Source: the human T2T-CHM13v2.0 reference genome, Homo sapiens
Length of the DNA stretch: 64,000 bases
Strand: one strand, 5' to 3'
Assembly: GCF_009914755.1 (NCBI RefSeq)
Contig: NC_060925.1
In this document: positions 60,700 through 64,000 of the stretch, in pieces
Layout: each line of letters begins with the position of its first letter
How positions within the stretch are numbered: position 1 is the stretch's first letter
Program-made: the position numbers and the translations under genes
The notes under the pieces: generated by a model
Told to the model about the DNA's origin: nothing
The model's database searches: none
The model's input: only the letters and a program-made list of their open reading frames with translations

Positions 60700-63189
60700 G
60701 TCGGCTGCGCCCCCGGCACTTCCCCGCCTCCCACCCCACCCACCAGAGCCTTTCTGTGACAGCAGCGGTGGCGTGGCCGCCGCCCCCGTCTCCGCCGGTA
60801 GCCGCCACCAAAGCTGAGGCCTCTCAGTTCCTGCGACCGGGGCCGCCCGCTGCGGCTCCTGCACCTTCTTGCAAATCAGGAAGTCGCCGGGAGGGGGAAG
60901 GGGCGCGCGGGGACGCGCCCAGCGGCTTCACCTGGGCCGTGCGGCTCGCAAGTCGGAGACTGTGGAGGAGGCGGGGGCCAGGTCCCCGCGCCCGGGCGGC
61001 CAGAGGGTGCAGGGGGAGCGCTAGTGCCTGCTGGGATGGCCCACGTACCGCTTTGCCACCTAGCCAGAAAGGCAAGGTGCCCCCTGTGTCCTCAGCATGA
61101 ACCAAACCGGCTTCCTTTCTGGGTCCAGTCCAGATTCCAGGGCGTCGGGGCTGCAACCCCACAAAGGGCGAAGTACCTGGAAAAGTACCTCGACCTGCAG
61201 TGTTTTCCACACACATACACACGGACTTGGGTTCCTTTCATTTCATACTACAAATTCAGAGCTCAAGTTGATGCCCCTGGCTCTTGCGTCACTCCAGCTG
61301 TGGCCTGCTTACAGCTCTCTGAAATCCAGAGCTACCCCCTCCTGATTCAGGAATGTTCAGACATGTGCACCTGCTAAATAGCCCTGTCAAGTAGCCAAAT
61401 GGTAGTGCCCCACTTGTCTGCGCATGTGGGAGGCAGACATTCCTATACCACAGACTGCAGTGATAACCAAGGACTAACTTTTGAACACATGTACATAGTC
61501 GCAGGCCTCATAGTCTGGCAGTTTAGGCGAGTTCAGAGAGGGCACCACTGAATAAGCGTGGGAGGGACTGATTTACACAGCCCTAAAGCACATGTGAAGC
61601 AGGTTATGTGCACTCTCACCCAGTACTTGTCATAGGTGTGTGATAGATACTTTCATCAGCATTTTACAGATGAAGAAACCAGGGAGTAATGGCAAAGCTG
61701 GAGTTCACACCAGGTCTATCTGATGCTGATTATTTACTTCTACCTCATATTGCCTGTCTCCCTCCTCTGCTGTCTCATATTTAGGATCTACTGAGAAGAC
61801 AGGTAGAAAAGTCTTATGATGGACATTCAAATGACTGTGGAAGGCCAGGCTCTTACACAGAGATCTTCTGGGAAAGGCCTTCTCCCAGCTAACACTGCCA
61901 CCCTTGACACATAGCCACAGTGTTTCTTCCAAAAGGTGGTTACTTCAGACTTTATTCATGCAGAAGTTAAGATGATGAGAGGAAACCAAATGTGGTATGA
62001 ATGTAGTGTGAGTCATAAGACATAAAAGTCAGAAAAGGAGTCTTAAGAATTAAAAAACTCAAGAGTCAGAGAACCTGAAGTTGCACTCAGTTATATAACC
62101 TTAAACTTTCTTGCCAAAATTGGGTACTACTTGGTCAACAGGATCAGAAATATTGTATAGCCATGGGCCTGTTAGTAAAAAATGAGGACGGGCCATAACT
62201 GGGAAACAAACAAACAAAAAAAAATGTGTTTATCATAAAGTGTTGTCATAGCTTGACTCGGGGTGAGACACTTCAGTTTCTCGGTTCCTACATTTGTAAA
62301 ATGGGAATTATTACTTGTACATCACATGAGCAGTGTGATGTTCAAGTAAAACAGGTGCTACAAATTTGTATTATCTTTTGAGAAATTATTCTGTGAATTT
62401 CAGTTTCACAATTAGGCAAACTATACTACATAAGTTTTCTTTTCCCAAATAAAGATTTTTCTGCATAAGTGACCATACTCCAAAGCCTTGAAAAAAAAAA
62501 TTCGTAAGCTAAAAGCCACTTCTGCCCCAACTGTTACTGAATTTCTCAAACTTCTCCTTTCATTATAATTAATTATTTCCAAAGAAAGGAACCCTACTTG
62601 GGGTGACCATATTGAGGACTTTTTAATTTGGTGTGAGGAGATAATAATACAATTGTTTTCCTCATCCATTGTTGGGATTTTATTTTAAATGACAGTCATA
62701 CCCTTGAACAGTATAAAATTGTTCTTCATTCCATTTATGTTAAGTATATCGAGGGAAATACTACACATTCGCATCCCAAAGCAAATCTTTTTAAGTGAGC
62801 TTTTAGGCTGACCATAATGAAGAGACTTATCTGTTCTGTTATTACTGAAATAAAAGGGATAGGAACATAGGTGTACATGATCTACATGCATGAGGTGTTA
62901 AAAAATTAGAAAACAAATATCATACACTTACCTTGGTAATAGCTTTAATGAAATCGATGGTATAACTTTAGTAATACTCATTTCATATAGAACTTCCCAT
63001 ATGACTGATAGAGAAGTGTACAAAGGGCAAACCTTCAAATTAGTCTTAAATCTTCCCAAGATCATATTTCAGCAATGATATTTCCTACTCGACAATTAAT
63101 ATTAACAGTTTTCAGGACCATACCAGTCAAAGAACATAGTCTGTATTGTTGTCAAAGAACATGGTCTTTATTTATTAATTAATTTGTTA

Positions 63190-64000
<811 letters not shown>

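Larger units (their letters stand above)
60190..61060. promoter_or_regulatory. DENND1B: CpG island / DENND1B promoter, 5' UTR and exon 1
   Basis: Abrupt switch to very high GC and CpG density; GC boxes (GGGCGG/CCGCCC); ETS-type CAGGAAGT at ~60877-60884; no TATA box. Confidence 0.93.

Noticed and set aside
59862-61222. Long ORFs (293, 251 and 132 aa) over the CpG island
   Set aside because: Low-complexity G/R/P/A-rich translations typical of stop-poor GC DNA; no recognisable domain; they cross the real exon 1 splice site
63126-63172. 25-bp-period repeat containing AGAACA (steroid receptor half-sites)
   Set aside because: No TGTTCT partner half-site; a simple degenerate tandem duplication at an L1 edge

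Overview
Primate (almost certainly human) genomic DNA: AT-rich and repeat-dense, containing the 5' end of DENND1B (connecdenn-2, DENN-domain Rab35 GEF) on the minus strand. There is a CpG-island promoter (~60.2-61.1 kb) and coding exons 1 (60531-60547), 2 (58260-58324) and 3 (429-472). Spliced, these read MDCRTKANPDRTFDLVLKVKCHASENEDPVVLWKFPEDFGDQ. The ~57.8-kb intron 2 holds two processed pseudogenes (RPL24 on +, FAM204A on -), about 20 Alus, L1/L2/MIR, LTRs and DNA transposons, including a five-layer nested insertion. Most interesting observations: (1) the antisense strand of the RPL24 retrocopy forms an in-frame alternative first coding exon ([17 protein letters not shown]|NPVVLW) beside a CpG-rich patch; (2) a textbook recursive-splice-site/poison-exon architecture at 54327-54459; (3) a 5' leader carrying an RNA G-quadruplex motif, a strong-context 8-aa uORF and an AUG-stop 2 nt before the main AUG; (4) a candidate upstream in-frame exon; (5) a 112-bp locally templated duplication. 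I found no prokaryotic-type system (CRISPR etc.). Repeat subfamily calls come from recalled consensus sequences and boundaries are approximate.
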